A DNA stretch of 64,000 bases from Lama guanicoe (lineage: Eukaryota), in contig MU053873.1 of NCBI GenBank assembly GCA_013239625.1, positions 74,524 to 138,523 of the forward strand. The letters run 5' to 3'. This document shows positions 62,732-64,000 of the stretch, one piece after another. Numbering within the stretch: position 1 is the first letter of the stretch; each line of letters opens with the position of its first letter. Under the pieces are notes generated by a model, which saw only the letters and a list, made by a program, of their open reading frames with translations, was not told the DNA's origin and did not search any database. A program made the position numbers and the translations under genes.

Positions 62732-63801
62732 GTAACATAGCTACTCCTGCTTGTGTGGGTGGATTTTGTCCAAAGAGATCCTGAATCCATACAAGAGTAT
62801 TACCTGGGATTTTAGAGTGGCATTGTCGAGTTAGGCCTGTTAATTTATGTAAAACCACAATGTGGTCTGAGGTAGACAGTGGGCAGAACTGGCGTCTGTG
62901 ACATAGAATGGCAGTGGCAGAGTACAAGTCCCACTCAGCTCCAGAGTCACTGGCAACCTGTGCTTCCACAATGGGCCTGAATCAGTGCCTGGTAAGCTGC
63001 TTTGTCGTGGGTAATGCATGTCTGTGTCTGAGCTGCTGGCCTGAAGAAGACAAAAAAGGGAGTTGATCATTCTCATTGTACAAGGACAGCATTCCTTTGA
63101 CCCATCTGCAAAATGGAATAACGTGCCACCTCAGTTTTTGTGAGGCAGGAGTGAGGTAATGGGACTGAATGAAATTCAGGTACATCATGTAGGTATTAGT
63201 TCAGATGACATAAAAATCAGTTTGATTTCCTCTTGTCCCTCCCCAGCATACTTATACACACTTTTTCTAATGGACTCGTCTTGATGACCACTTGACTCCA
63301 AAGGTCAACACATCCCTTAGTTTAGGACATTTCAAGTATTCCTTTGGCAGCCAGCCGGCCACACCCAGCCTACAGATCTTTTGTTTGTTCTCAGCAATGT
63401 ATTTTTTTTTTTAACTTTTGAATTAGTTGCCACTGTTTAGAGATGAGATTGCACAGTAAATCTGGATTTCTGGCTTCTCTTAACATACTGGACAGCTCCT
63501 TGCACAGAAGCAGTAGCTGGCCCTGAGCAGACTACTGCCCTCAGTCAGGATGCATGCTCTCCAGGGGGCCTCACCTTTAGCCTAAGGCAGCATCCCCATC
63601 ACAATACAACTTTTAATGGGTCCTTCCCTTCCCAACCTCCCTATGAAGTGAAGCATAGAAAGAGGTTACTCTGAGTGATTTCTTTCACTGTATCAGGTTC
63701 CATGCAGACTGATCTTATCACATTTCGAAGGCTTTGATTAACTTCGATATTGGGATAAACGGCTCTGTGCTTCATTGAACATTATCAGGCCATGTCTGAT
63801 T

Positions 63802-63940
63802 GGCTTGTATTGTTTGTTTTATGAGGGAGAGGTAATTAGGTTTCTTCATTGATTTCCGCTTGGAGGAGGTACTGGGTATTGAACCTAGGACCTCTTGGGT
63901 GCTGAGCATGCGCTCTACCACTTGAGATATACCCTTCCCC
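63802..63940 (-). mobile_element. tRNA-derived SINE (Vic-1-like) with 16-bp TSD, in SF3A1 intron 2
   Basis: A/B boxes on - strand (ATATCTCAAGTGGTAGAG...GGTTCAATACCC), AAACCTAATTACCTC body; TSD CAGGCCATGTCTGATT 63786-63801 / CAGGCCATGTCAGATT 63941-63956. Confidence 0.88.
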
Positions 63941-64000
63941 CAGGCCATGTCAGATTTAGGGCAGCAGGTGTTGTGTTTATGATAAGTTTGTTTTCTCATA

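Overview
Eukaryotic (mammalian) genomic DNA with no prokaryotic features. The gene order matches my recollection of human 22q12.2: MTFP1 (-), SEC14L2 (-), RNF215 (+), CCDC157 (-) and the first two exons of SF3A1 (+). I traced all coding exons by hand through GT-AG junctions. They join into intact ORFs of 166, 403, 373 and 718 aa, plus a partial SF3A1. tRNA-derived SINEs resembling the camelid Vic-1 family suggest a camelid (inference). Nearly all six-frame ORFs are spurious GC-rich frames. The most unusual signal is in SEC14L2 exon 11, where a 137-nt insertion leaves two tandem copies of the exon's 5' part. The upstream copy is SEC14L2-type and runs into a premature stop. The only complete exon 11 has a SEC14L3-type 5' half with its own stronger splice acceptor. 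This points to a paralog-templated exon patch or poison-acceptor arrangement, or to an assembly chimera. Also notable: an orphan housekeeping-type CpG promoter at the SEC14L2 3' end, phase-compatible SEC14L2-MTFP1 read-through, and an RFX X-box in the SF3A1/CCDC157 bidirectional promoter.
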